Shown here: positions 13,302 to 25,488 of the stretch, one piece after another
Layout: the number at the start of each line of letters is the position of its first letter
Numbering within the stretch: the stretch's first letter is position 1
Source: Camelus dromedarius
Taxonomy: Eukaryota
Direction: 5' to 3'
DNA: 64,000 bases
NCBI RefSeq assembly: GCF_036321535.1
Contig: NC_087436.1
Location: 62,001 to 126,000, forward strand
Program-made: the position numbers and the translations under genes
Notes under the pieces: generated by a model
The model's input: only the letters and a program-made list of their open reading frames with translations
What the model was told of the DNA's origin: nothing
The model's database searches: none

Positions 13302-13841
13302 TGTTACCGAGTCCAAACTCATTCTGCTCACCAAATGACAGGCCAATAAACTGGGAGATGAGGTGTTGGAGCAAGGAATAGTGACTTTATTTGCAAAGCT
13401 GGCAGACCCAGAAGATGGCAGACTGATGTCCTGAAGAACCATCTTCCCCAAGTCAGAATTGAGTCTCCTTTTATACTAAAAAGGGGTGGGGCTGCAGTTG
13501 GTTGTTGGAAACTTCTTGTTGTATGAATTGCTTGTCCTTTGAATCCGCTGTTCTTGCAGCTGTCCATGTGGATCAAATCATGTTGCCATTGTAATACCTC
13601 CAAAAGTAAAACAAAGTTATTCTCTATTTTGCAACTTGCCATCTCTACATAAGTGCAGATTAGTTAGCATCCTTCAAGATCACGGCCAGGAGAAGAGGCT
13701 GTCCTGGATATTTCAGTCTAAAGGCAACTTTCTTTTACAAATGGTGCAGAGATAGCAAGTCTGAGCCTAGAAAACAGGGCACAGGTTTAAAGCCAAAGGA
13801 ACAGACCTAACATGGGGTCAAAATTGTTCTTTTCTATTACA
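13302..13841 (-). mobile_element. Solo ERV1-type LTR (540 bp) in pseudo-intron 6
   Basis: TGTTA...TTACA termini, near-perfect 4-bp TSD attt/attc, minus-strand AATAAA and TATA (tttatt ~13386, ttttata ~13469). Same family as 30813-31296. Confidence 0.85.
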
Positions 13842-14997
13842 ATTCCCTTTTCCGCTTCATAGATAATTTTAGTAAGAAACATGAGCAATTTTGTATTTTT
13901 GCTTCTTAATAACCGATAAGTGGGCCAACTATATTTTTGTGAGCAGGGATGCTGTGCGGGCATAGGGGTCACAGCAAACTCTTGTTGGGGGTGGCCGACC
14001 CTGGAACATGTCTGATGCCCCGTGAGTGTTGGTGAGGGTCCCCTAGCCAGCGGCTCTCTTCAGGAGGCAGCATATGGGCATTGATATCTGGAGACCTCAT
14101 TTTCGGCTGCAGGAAATTTTTTAGATACTGCGATTGAAAAATCACTCCAGCTGGGGATAATTAGGGAAAAAAGGAAAAGTAAAAGGGTTTGGAGTAGAGT
14201 AGAAGAGAAGGACATCAGATCACGGAGCCTGAGTGCTTGGCAGCGGGGCTTCGGGGGAGAGGGGAGCAGACGTGGGGAGGGGCCTGGCACCGGAACCAGC
14301 TCCTGCACCTGTCCCCGTGCCCAAGCCACATAGCTTTTAATTGGGCCACCTCTCTGGGCTGGATGTCACCCTGTGCAGAACCTTGAGAATCGAAGGTAAG
14401 GGGTGGGCAGCACTCACCTAGGGGTCACTGTAGATTTCGGTCAAGTCCACAGTGCCTTTTCTGTTCATGTGTCTTCACTTGTCCTTTATCTCAGGATCTG
14501 AGGAGGAGGAGAAAGGAACTCAGATAGAGATCCAGGAAGATATCCGACTGTGTTAAGAGAGGACAGACACAGTGACACGGGGAGCGAGGACACTTGCAGC
14601 AAAGTAAAATGACTTCACAACTATTGCTTCAGAGCTGCAGGTGTGAGAGAGCCTAAGCCTGTCTCAGAGTGCAGGGGACAAGCGGAAAGGAATGGCAAAA
14701 TTTCCACTGAAAATTGAAATTTTTTTAAATAGCCTGCTACTGTTGCTTGTATCACTTGAATGAATGCAGGCATATTTCTGTGGGCATTTATAGGTTCACT
14801 CAACCCCACCAGCCCCTCTTGCCCCCATCGGGGATGGGATTTCTCAACCACAGTGCACCTCCTGCTTCGGTGGGCCACGCTTCGGGTCCTCGCCTGGGGC
14901 CGGGCTGCTGCAAGGCACAGAGTCCCTGAGGCACGGCCTGTGATACACGACAGGAACATCTCTGCTATCGACTGAGGGCCTCCTTTTCCCCCTGCAG

Positions 14998-15121
14998 TGT
15001 AAGAATTCCGGTGACTGAGTTAGAAGCATGCTTCCAAGCTGTCCGTGTCCTCGGCATCCAGAAGCGGAGCCTGGAAGCTTCCGAATTTCTCCAGAATGCA
15101 GTCTACATTCACCTTCGGCAG
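14998..15121 (+). pseudogene. TRAPPC9: TRAPPC9 pseudo-exon 7, upstream unit (last TRAPPC9 exon detected in the unit)
   Basis: Acceptor ccttttccccctgcag and donor CAG|gtgagt both intact. Reads CKNS-(2-nt deletion)[37 protein letters not shown] versus recalled [42 protein letters not shown]. Confidence 0.95.
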
Positions 15122-15719
15122 GTGAGTGTATGTCCTTACACAAGTGGAGGAATTTCTGCAGTTTTCCTGGAACTTACTCACCACTAGTCCATCTGATTTT
15201 TCTGTGCTAGGATTCAGTATGGCCTGCTAAAAAATCTGGAGTCAGATTTTGAAACCCTGATGAAGAGGATTATTTATTTTATTTCACTATATGATAATCT
15301 TTTACTTTCAAAATTCAGAATTTTTGGTTCTTTCAGGCATTTTTGGGGGGGTTCGCAAAACAAATTTGCTCTTACCGTCTTTGCGACCTGTTGCTTTGTG
15401 CCTCTCACCTGTCTTCTGTCACTTGTGAGAGGCAGTTCCATTTGTGACCCTGTCCGTGTTGTTCATGTTATACAACATAAAGTCTGTAAAAGTACAGTCC
15501 CTTTTACTCCGAAGACATTCCACAAATAACTCCTTAAATCTGGGTGTTGTTTTAAGAAGACAGAATCATTAGAACATGTAATTGCAGGTTGCTAGTGCAA
15601 AATCCCCAAATCAATAGTCTAGCTCAACATCTAAAATCTTTCTAATCTACCTTGGATTTGTATGGATAAGTGAAGCAATTTGCTAAGAATTGAACACCAG
15701 GGTTAGAATACAGGATGGT

Positions 15720-16300
15720 GTAGCTCAGCAGGTCCTCCTGAGCCAGCGCTATGCCAGAGGGCGGGGCCGAGGGAGAGGGTGGGGCTTAGGGAAAGAGGAG
15801 GGCCAAGGAGGAGGAGGGTCCTGCCCTCCCTGAGCTGACAGTTTCATGGCAAACACCTTCACCATGTGAAGAACTTGGAGTTTCTTCTAAGAACACTAGG
15901 TTTGAAAAGAGTCATAAAAGAACGGGAGTGACAAAATCCAATTTGTGTCAAGTAGGGGAGAGCAGCTGGAAGGCCACTTGGGAGACTCGTGAGTCCAGGT
16001 GGGCAGTGTTGGTGGCTTCTACCTGAGCGGTGGGACAGTCAGTGGGACAGTCACCGGGAAAAAACGAACAGATTTTAGGCATGTTTAGATGGTAAAAAGG
16101 AAAGGATGAATGATGTCTGTGAAGGTAGGATGGAGTAAGGCCCAGGTTTCTGGGTGGATTAATGAGGTAAATGATGGTCCTGCTGTGCTCTGAGCAGGGA
16201 AAGCTGCAGAGGGAGCTTTGGGGGAACCCTGATGAGTTCAGCTGTGGATAAAGTGAAAGGCTGTTAAATGTGTGGTCTGGGAGCTCAGGTGAGAGCCAGT
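15720..16300 (-). mobile_element. L2 relic
   Basis: Purine-rich degenerate L2 motifs (gtcctgccctccctgagctgacagtt; gatgagttcagctgtggata; ggtctgggagctcagg). Confidence 0.55.
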
Positions 16301-17619
16301 AGCGAGTAGGGGGAGGGGAGAGAGACGTTCAAATCATTTTGTCTTGTGAGCATACAAATAATTATGAGTAATGATACACTTACGCCTCTATATTCTGGAT
16401 TTAACACCCATTAACATTTTGTTATATTGACTGCAGAGGTTCCTAATATTTTTTAATAGAAATAAAATAAATAGAAACAAAATAGTGGAGTTAATAAACA
16501 TCTTAGAGTTGATGTGTGTCCTTCTATGTATTTTGATACCTCATCTGTTTATAAACATAATCTAAAAAAAGTTAACTAGTTTAGCATAAGTGTTAAACAG
16601 AGGGACGTGACACACAGTTTTGGGGCTTGAAGCTGATCTTCTCGGGCAAATTATGTAGCCTCTCTGTACCTTTGTTCCATTTTCTGTGACTGCCCCCGGG
16701 CCCCTCATCAGAGATGATTTCCTAGACTAGATGATGGGAGGGAGGCTGCTGAAGGGAGTAAGAAGTGGCAACTGCTAGGGACACTTAAGAGAGAGACAAA
16801 AAGAGATTGAAGTCAATAAACTCAGTACAAACAAATACTCTCAAAAGAGAAAGAATCCTGCAGTGTTTTGAGCCACTTAGCATAAGGGAAACAAAATCAC
16901 GTGGACCCAAAACTCTTGAGCATGTGAGTATTGTGGGTGGGAATGTCTCATCAGAAAAGGGTTGAGAAAAGGTCTTTTGGTTTCCCTTGACGTTTCCATT
17001 AAGGATGGGGAGCAGAAGTGAAAACCCTCAGCTTCAGTGGAAGCTGCTGTTTTGTGTGAAACTGACCAAACTTTGGAGACCAGTCATCAGCGGTGCTGGC
17101 AAATGAAGAGATTTCGGGATTGGGTGGGGCACTTGCTGTGACTTCCAGGTGACCTACTGGCTGGGGGCTGTGAGGCGGGCAGTAGGTTTGCAGGGAGACC
17201 CGGGCATAATCCCTGGCTCTGAGGCTGCTGCTCTGACTAGCAGACCTGGGCACAGGCAGACCTAATGGGGCAGCTCGGGATGTGGCCTGGGACACCTGCC
17301 GTGCTGAGGGGGAGAAGAGCGCTTCCCTGAGGGGGTGTCCCTGCGGAGAGTGGAAACGTCCTCCTGCAGGGGAGGAAGAGCCTCTGAGCAGGGTGCTGGT
17401 TGCACAGGCAAGACCACCCTGAGCACTGAGGGTTTGGGGAGCCGGAAGTCACACAGTGGCCCGAGCAGCCTTGTTCCTGAGAAACTAGAGGGAGAAGAGG
17501 CTGAAAAGTCAGGCTAGGGTCAGACACTGTGGTGGGTTATGAGTGACAGTAAAGGACTGGTCAGGCAGGCACGAGAGAACCCTGTCGGTGTCCCAGCTGG
17601 AGCGTCACGCCAGAGGATG

Positions 17620-17745
17620 GAGCTGAGTTATAGACTTTGCCACTTATTAGCTGTGTGACTTTGAGCAAGTTCACCCCACCTCTCTATATATACATTCATC
17701 TGTAAAATGACACAGTGACAAGCTCGTGTCATAAGAAGGCTTAGT
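17620..17745 (+). mobile_element. MIR relic
   Basis: ctttgccacttattagctgtgtgactttgagcaagtt ... catctgtaaaatg. Confidence 0.7.
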
Positions 17746-18421
17746 TTAGCTCTGATCCTCTGTGTCCAGTCCTGTCAGTGCTGCCCTGCAAGTTTCTGCA
17801 GTGGCTGCTCTTACCCTGAGATGGGAGGGCATAGAGGGATTTTGTAGCGCCCGAGGGCAGGAAGGGGTTGCTTTAAAAACAGACATGTAGCCGCCTGCAG
17901 CTGCAGGCTTGCAGGCAGTTTGGTTGATGGTCCTGGAGAGGACTTTGGAGGCCTTAGCATCATCATAAGACTTGTTTTCCCTTGGGGGCCGGAATTGCCT
18001 ATGCAGATTAATGTGGAAAATTTGGGCTTCTGGCAAAGCTGTTTTCAGAGATGGTAATATACATAACATATCGTAGAAAATATAATGCTTTTATTTAATC
18101 TGTGGGACTTTGCAGCTGTTGGGAACACCTCTGTTGGCCTGGTTTCCACGGAGGACACTAGGGGTCGGCAGAGCGTGCGGGAGGGCAGGTAGCCTGCAGT
18201 GCTGCTGCGGGGTGTTCTCCCGAGTAGAGCACTCTGCTGAGTTGACTCTTCTCTGAGTTTGGTTGCCAGATGAGCAGACAGCAAATTAATGAGTTCTGGT
18301 GGGATTGTATAATGACAGAAAGAAAGAGGGACCTGTAGTTTTTCTGGACTAGAACACGCTTTTGGTTCCTGATCCAGTGTGTTCCATTACAGAATTGATG
18401 AGTTGTGTCTATTCTGGGACT

Positions 18422-18899
18422 TGTCGACTGAAAAAAATGTGTAGCCTGAAAGTTTAGAGTTACACTTTATTAGGCGGGAGGACTCGAGGCGGGATGACAG
18501 CCTTCAAATCTGTCTGAGGGACTGCTCCCAAGAAGTAGGGGAGGAACTAGGATTATATGGCAGCTTTACAACAAAGACCAGGGAGTTGGAACAATAAAAG
18601 ATTGCTTGTTATCTAAAGAAATCCAGGCATCTCAAGTTAAAGAATTTAGTGCCTTTGTATGTATCATTTGACCTCACTGGATTCATTCTTTAGACAAGCA
18701 CCTAGCTATCTAGGGCAATTATCCTGTCTTCTTATTCTCAGTCTGTTCAGAGGGCAGCATTGTGAGGGGCTGTAGAGGCTGGGCTTCAGGTCTGTCCGCA
18801 CTGGGGGGTGGCGGCAGCCTTGATGACTTGGTTTCAGCATTCTTTGTTTACTGACATGGTTGTAGTATTTTAATTCACATTGTAGTATTTTCATTCACA
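18422..18899 (-). mobile_element. Solo ERV1-type (MER41-like) LTR, 478 bp
   Basis: TGTCGA...TTCACA termini, perfect 4-bp TSD GACT (18418-18421 and 18900-18903), minus-strand AATAAA near 18466. Confidence 0.88.
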
Positions 18900-19259
18900 G
18901 ACTGATTGTGGATAATCTGGAAACTTGCAAAGGAAACGAGATGGAATTACTGCAGGTACCTTCTACTTTAATAAGCCGTGTGCAAACATAAACATGGAGG
19001 AAGCATACATTTGAATTTGGTGGTGTAGGGAAGGGTTTCTGCACATTACAGGAGAACGCAAGGCAGAATATCTCTTCTTTGTTGGCAGGGATGTGGGTCA
19101 ACCTGTCATTTCTGTAGCGGTTTCTGAGAGCACTTTATGGTAATTAACAAACATTGACAAACGGTGGCACACTTTGCATTTAAGAGCTGACCTGTACAAA
19201 CGTGTATTGGACAGGTGGATTTCATAGGCAAGTGGTGAGGTGGATTGGAGAGAGGTGTA

Positions 19260-19460
19260 GCCCAGGCCTGGGCTCAGATTCAGGTTTAAATCGCCATTTC
19301 CTCACCAAAGGACCTTGGACTAGAGTGTAACCTCCATTAAACTGTTGGTGAATCTGTGAAATATGCATTATAATATTCGTTTCTTCCTGGGTTTGTTGTA
19401 AGTTTTAAACAGTATTATAACACACATGAAACACTTAACAGACACTTAGCAGTGTTCACT
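19260..19460 (+). mobile_element. MIR relic
   Basis: caggtttaaatcgcc ... gaccttggac ... aatctgtgaaatatg ... catgaaacacttaacagacactta. Confidence 0.5.
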
Positions 19461-20659
19461 GTGTCCTACCGCCCCGCTTAGCGTGTGTTACAGCCGTAAA
19501 GGTAGCATGTGCCTGTTGAGGACGTACTGGCAGCCCCTTGAATAGGTTGTGAATTTGGTGATTTCCTTTAATCCTTGAAACTCTACGTGCCATGGGCAGT
19601 TATTTTCATGAACAGATGAGGAATCTTAGGGTAAAGAAGACGGTGTAATTTGCCCAAAGTCAGACCATAATTTTGGGTGCAGGGGCCTCTGTTCAGCATG
19701 GGCCCCTGGGCTTTCTGCCCTCTCTGTTCAGCACCAGAGCCAGACGTGGAGTCGCCTGTCTCCCAGCCCAGAATATCCGGCAGGCAGCAACACAAACCTG
19801 GACCTGTTCTGCTTAAGCAAAAACTCCGGAGGGGAGGCAGGTACTAAAGGGATAAATGTAAAAACAGACGACTGCAAACTGTTATCAGCTCAGAGAAGGA
19901 AAGGAACACGCCTCGCCGTGCAGAGCTGGGAGCTTTCCCTTCAGGGCTGCTCTGGGGGCGTTTATTTCAGCTAAACAATCTCCGCTCCTGCACCAAGGCA
20001 TGAAGGCAGGGTGCATGTAACCAGGCTGACTGTGCCTCGTTGATCATATTCATTCCTAATCCAGTGTCAGCTGTCACGGGCACTTACCTAGTAAACAGAT
20101 GTCGGCCATAATCATCACGCACTTTGCTTGGTAGTTTTATTGGCCCCACTTTTGAGATGAGGTAATTGAAGCTGGGGAGTTTGCTGCATGCCCGTGATTA
20201 CCTTGGAAATACCCCTACTGGTCTTTCAACATAGACTGGTGTGGCTGTTACATCCCAGCCCTGTGAATGGCATCGTGTAGCTTCTACCAAGTGGCCCAAA
20301 TGACTGACATTGATTTTCTTAATCCGTAGGAAATGGTATGTGACAATAAGAGAAAAGGTGGTAAGAAATTCTTTGGAAAACTAGAACAAAATCCAATACT
20401 TCCACAGCTGGGGTAGCGTACCCAGTGTCACTCATCCCACTCACAGCCTGGCACCTCCTCCCTCCCGACTCCGTGTTCAGAAGCCACTCTGAGCCTTCGA
20501 AGAACATTTTGCCTCGTGACACTTTTGACTAAGACCTATGACCTCTCTGTCCCTGGTTTACTCTCTCTTCAAGGTCATTTAAATTTTGTGCAGGCTCCTC
20601 AACTCCGATGTAAGAAAAGACTCTTTAAACTTCTTGATGAAGCTCCTTAATGAAGATCT

Positions 20660-21187
20660 TGTGAAGGAAACCTAGTCAAAACCTGGGAGGTATGCACACA
20701 GTGAGTGCATGCAACCTCAGCACTTTGTGAAGTTCAGAATCAGAGGGGTGGGAGACTCAGGAAAGGCTTTTTAAGGTAGAAAGGGGAAAGTGAAAGGATG
20801 CAGGCTGTGTGAGACTGAAACATCTCGGTCCCAGCCAGCAAGGCACCTGCGTTCAGGATGGTGTATGGGGAGTACAGAGTTCTCACAAAGAAAGAAGTGG
20901 TTGGATGGGAGGGAGGACAGATAGATTCTTTACTAGGGAAGGAAAAAGTGGGCTGAAAATTTACTGGTTGAATAAGAGGACTGTGACATGATGTGCTTGC
21001 ATTTTGGAGATAAGGGTTTTGTGGGGACAGGCCTAGGAGAACGCTCTCTGGCTGGGGAGTCAGCACAACAGAGAACCACAGAGAACCGGGCTGACCTCAA
21101 GGCCCCTGCTGGGGGAGGGGCTGCCCGCCATTTTGGTCCTGGGGGCTACTTCTGTCCCTTAGCTGGGGCCTCAGAACTCCCTTCACA
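20660..21187. mobile_element. Probable solo LTR
   Basis: Bounded by 8-bp inverted termini TGTGAAGG...CCTTCACA and LTR-sized. No TSD matched, so the left boundary is uncertain. Confidence 0.5.
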
Positions 21188-21199
21188 TCCCAGTCCTGT

Positions 21200-21824
21200 T
21201 GATACAAGAAAACATATGTGGGGCATGGGAAGGGCTGTGTCCCAGGCTTTGGTTGAGCCCCTGGAATGTGCCCCACCAGACGTGGGTCCTTGGCTTCATG
21301 CAGGAAAGGTTTCAAGAGCAAGCCACTGTTGAGTAAAGGTAGATTTATTCACAGAGACACATTGAAAGGCAAGAGAAAGGCCACGAGGTTTGGGGGTTGG
21401 GTGCTCAGATTAAAAGTAGGTACACACTCCACAGACAAAGTGTGGGCCTTCTCCGAAGAGGGAGAGAGAGTGATGACCGCGAGGTGGCGCTGTGTTGCTG
21501 GTTTTCATGGGCTTGGTTGTTTTATATGCTAATAATTAGAAGGAGCAGCCTAAGGGCAAGGGGCTGGGATTCCCTGGGATTTGGCCATTTCCCACCGTTT
21601 GATCTTTTGTGGCTAGCCTTGGGATGGCCATGGTGCCTTGGGGCGTGTTATTCACCATGTTACTATTACAACGGGTGTATAATGAAGCTCAAGATCTGCT
21701 AGAAGTAAAATCTCTTCATCCTGAGCCTCAAGGCCTACTGGGGGTTGAATCCTTCACCATTTTGATGTTAATTGCTGTGGCCTGCATTGAATGGCTGTGC
21801 TCTGGCCCCTTCCATCCTGTCTCA
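21200..21824 (-). mobile_element. Solo ERV1-type LTR, 625 bp
   Basis: TGA...TCA termini, perfect 4-bp TSD CTGT (21196-21199 and 21825-21828), minus-strand AATAAA (~21344) and TATA (~21520). Confidence 0.88.
21477..21490 (+). promoter_or_regulatory. Candidate CTCF site inside LTR
   Basis: CCGCGAGGTGGCGC closely fits the CTCF core consensus. Motif evidence only. Confidence 0.5.
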
Positions 21825-22120
21825 CTGTGTTGACACAGAGAGAGCAAAGGCCGGGCCCCGCCTGTGCTCCTGCATTTAACAGGAAGAGGGGTGGGGTGGG
21901 CTGATGATGACTCTGAGTGGTGAGAAGGATGTTTCAGATTTTCCCACGTGGGACATGGGGAAGTGCCAGCAGCCACCGCAGATTTATCTCACGGGCATTA
22001 TCACTTGTGTCACTCATATTTTTCTATTTTTCTTTCTTTTTTTTTTTCAATTATTTAATCTAAATTTAACATCAGGTTTTCTTAGGAAAGAAATTTCTCT
22101 TTTTCTTTTCATTGGGGCTC

Positions 22121-22233
22121 TTTTGGGGGGGTAGGTAATTAGGTGTATTTATCTGTTAGAGGAGGCCCTGGCGGTTGAACCCGGGACCCCGTGCACGCTA
22201 AGAACACGCTCTACCACTGAGCTCTACCACCAC
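22121..22233 (-). mobile_element. Vic-1-type camelid SINE
   Basis: Reverse strand reads GGTAGAGCTCAGTGGTAGAGCGTG...CCCGGGTTCAACC (A and B boxes) followed by the AAATACACCTAATTACC tail. Confidence 0.88.
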
Positions 22234-22589
22234 CTCATCATCTTTTACTTTTTGCTTTAGCTGCCAAGAATCTTACGGCTGAATTTCTAGTCGGCCTTTA
22301 ACACTTACCCTGACTTCATGGCATTCGTTTTTATGAGTTTACTTCCCCCTGGTTTCATTTAAGTATTGAATCTCCATTTTCTCTACACTCTAACTTTTGT
22401 CTTTTTGTTGTTATGGTTGTTAAGCTGTGTTAAAAATTGTTTAATTCCTCTTTTAGCAGGAGGCTGAAAGTAAATAAATATGTAAACAAACTTATCACAC
22501 TTAAATGTTTTATACATTCTAAGCTGTTTATTAGTTACTTAAAAACCGAATTGAATACTGAAGTGATAACATTTTAAAATTATTTTTTA

Positions 22590-22750
22590 ACATTTTATAA
22601 AAGTATAGCTGATTTACAATATGATATGTTTCAGGTGTACAATAATTGCACAATTTTTATTGTTATGCTCCATTTATAGTTATTGTAAAACATTGGCTAT
22701 ATTCCCTGTGTCGTAAGATACATCCCTGTAGCGTGTTTATGTTACATGGA
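22590..22750 (-). mobile_element. L1 3'-end fragment
   Basis: aagtatagctgatttacaatatgatatgtttcaggtgtaca ... ttggctatattccctgtg. Confidence 0.75.
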
Positions 22751-23227
22751 GCAGTTTGTATAAGAAACTTGGGTAATACAAAGTCTGGGGCGTGGCTCTG
22801 TCTAACCCATGTTCCCGGTCACCCTTCCTGTCAGAGCCCAGGCCCTCACTCCTGTCTGCAGGGGAGCAACTGGAGGCAGCCCTCATCAGCGCTGGCACCA
22901 CCCTCTGAGTGGCAGTGACAGCAGTGACTGTGTGTGGACGTGTAAATTATTGTTCCAGGAGCTTTACATGCATTTCTGCATTTAATAATTAAAGCCCTCC
23001 TGTGAGGAATCATTTTAGGTTTTTAATGAATAATACATTTTATTTTGATTTTGAGAGTTCAAACTTCCAGAAAATTTACTGGAATAGTACAATAAAGGCT
23101 TAGATACAGTTCACCTAAAAGGGCACTGTTTGCCCTTTTGTGTCTGGCTTATTTTAGTATAAACTTTCATGGTCCATCCATGTTGTATCCTCAGTCAGTA
23201 CTTTATTCTTTTGGTTTTATAATATCC

Positions 23228-24700
23228 TTTTTCTTTTTTTTTTCGTTTTTTCTCTATTTAAAAATATTTTCATTGAATTCTAGTCAGTTTATAATGTTGC
23301 GTCAGTTTATAATTTTGCATCAGTTTCTTGTGTACAGCACAACACTTCATTTATATAGGAACATACATGTATTCATTTTCATATTCTTTTTCAACATAAG
23401 TTACTATGTTATTAAATATATTCTCCTGTGCTATACAGTATAAACTTGCTGTTTACTCTATACATATTCAGTATCTGCAAATCTTGAACTCCCAATTTAT
23501 TTCTTCCCACACCCTCTCCCCTCTGGTAACCATAGTTTGGTTTCTATGTCTGTGTGTCTGTTTCTGTTCTGTAGATAAGTTTATCTTTTTGTTTGTTTGT
23601 TTTTTTAGATTCCACATGTGAGCGATCTCATATGGTATTTTTCTTTCTCTTTCTGGCTTACTTCACTTAGAATGACATTCTCCAAGTCCATTCATGTTTC
23701 TACAAATGGCATTATTTTATTATTTTTTTATGGCTGAATAGTAGTCTATTGTACAAATATACTACAACCTCTTAATCCAGTCATCTGTCAGTGGACATTT
23801 AGGTTGTTTCCATGTCTTGCTATTGTAAATAGTGCTGCTCTGAATATTGGGGTGTAGGTATCTTTTTGAATTACGGTTCCTTCTGGATATATGCCCAGGA
23901 GTGGGATTGCTGGGTCATATGGGAGGTCAATATTTTGTCTTTTGAGGAACCTCTGTACTGTTTTCCACAATGGCTCCACCAAACTGCAACCACAGTGTAG
24001 GAGGGTTCCCTATTCTCCACAGCCTCTCCAGCATTTATTGTTTGTGAACTTCTGAATGATGCCTATTCTGACTGGTGAGATGTGATATTTGATTGCAGTT
24101 TTGATTTGCATTTCTCTGATAATGATATTGAGCATTTTTTCATGTGCCTATTGGCCATTTGTATGTCTTCATTGGAGAAAAGCTTCTTTAGGCCTTCTGC
24201 CCATTTTTGAATTGAATTGTTTGTTTTTCTTTCTTATCAAGTGTAAAAGGTGTTATATATTCTGGGAATTAAGCCCTTGTCAGTCTCATTTATTGCAACT
24301 ATTTTCTCCCATTCCATAGGTTGTCTTTTAGTTTTGCTTACTGTTTCCTTTGCTGTGCAAAACCTTGTAAGTTTAATTACATCCCACTTGTATATTTTTG
24401 CTTGTATTTCTATTGCTTGAGTAGACTGCTCTAGGAGAACATTGCTGAGATGTATGTCAGATATTTTGCCTATGTTTTCTTCTAAGAAGTTTATAGTGTC
24501 TTGTCTACATGTTTAAGTCTTTAAGCCATTTTGAATTTATTTTTGTGTATGCTGTGAGGGAGTAGTCTAACTTCATTCATTTACATGCAGCTGTCCAGTT
24601 ATCCCTACACCATTTGCTGAAGAGGCTGTCTTTACTCCATTGTATGTTCTCACCTCATTTGTCAAAGATTCAATGACCAAAAGTTTGTGGGCCTATTCTT
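23228..24700 (-). mobile_element. Younger 5'-truncated L1 (~1.5 kb)
   Basis: T-rich tail from 23228, L1 3' UTR, and ORF2 C-terminal remnant [29 protein letters not shown] (23788-23982). Confidence 0.92.
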
Positions 24701-24828
24701 GGTAATTTTGTTTATCCGTTCATTGATGGATGGATATTGTTTGTAACCTTTGGCTACTCTGAATGATACTGCCATGAATATTGATGTGCAAGTTTTTGTG
24801 AGAATATGTTTTCATTCTGTTGGCTGTA

Positions 24829-24968
24829 CAGTTGGCCCGCCATATCTGTAATTTCCACTTCATGGATCCAGATGGCTGATTGTAAAGGGACTCGAACATC
24901 CTTGGATTATGGTATCCAGGGTGGGGGGTTCCTGAAACCAACCCCCCGAGGATACTGAGGGATGACTC
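24829..24968. mobile_element. Short MER2-like TcMar-Tigger DNA transposon
   Basis: TA-flanked; termini cagttggccc...gagggatgactc; internal cttggattatggtatccagggtggggggttcctgaaaccaacccccc resembles MER2. Confidence 0.75.
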
Positions 24969-25375
24969 TACATGTAGGAGTGGAATTGCTGAGCCATATA
25001 ACTCTAACCTTTTGAGGAAACACCAGACTTCTCCAAAGAAGCTGCACCATTGTCCCTTTCCATTGGCCGCAAATGAGGTATCTCTGCCTCCTCAACGACA
25101 CTTGTTATTGTCCATGTTTTGATTAAAACCGTCCTAGTGGGTGTAAAATGAGAACTCATTTTGATTTTGATTTGGCTAGTGATGCTGAGCTTCTTTTCAT
25201 GTGCTTATCGGGCATTTGTGTATTTATTTAAATCCTTGGCAAATTTAAACATTGGGTCGATTTTCTTTGTATTGTTCAGTTGTAAGCATTTTTTATATAT
25301 CCTGAATACTAGTCTCTTCTTAGATACATGCTTTGCAAAATTTTTCTCCTATTCTGCAGATTGTCCTTTCACTTT

Positions 25376-25488
25376 AGTTTTTTTAAGCATTAAAACAATT
25401 TCTTTACAGGGGAGGTAATTAGATGTATTGATTTATTTTATTTTTCTTGCTAAGCATGCACTCTGTCACTTGATATACCCACTTCCCC
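25376..25488 (-). mobile_element. Internally deleted Vic-1-type SINE
   Basis: ggggaggtaattag tail and gctaagcatgcactctgtcact head; flanked by tgtcctttcacttt / tgtcatttcacttt TSD. Confidence 0.78.

Noticed and set aside
22160..22233. tRNA-like sequence
   Set aside because: It is the tRNA-derived head of a Vic-1 SINE with its tail, not a tRNA gene.
23788..23982. ORF with L1 ORF2 similarity
   Set aside because: Fragment of a 5'-truncated, frameshifted L1; not a functional CDS.
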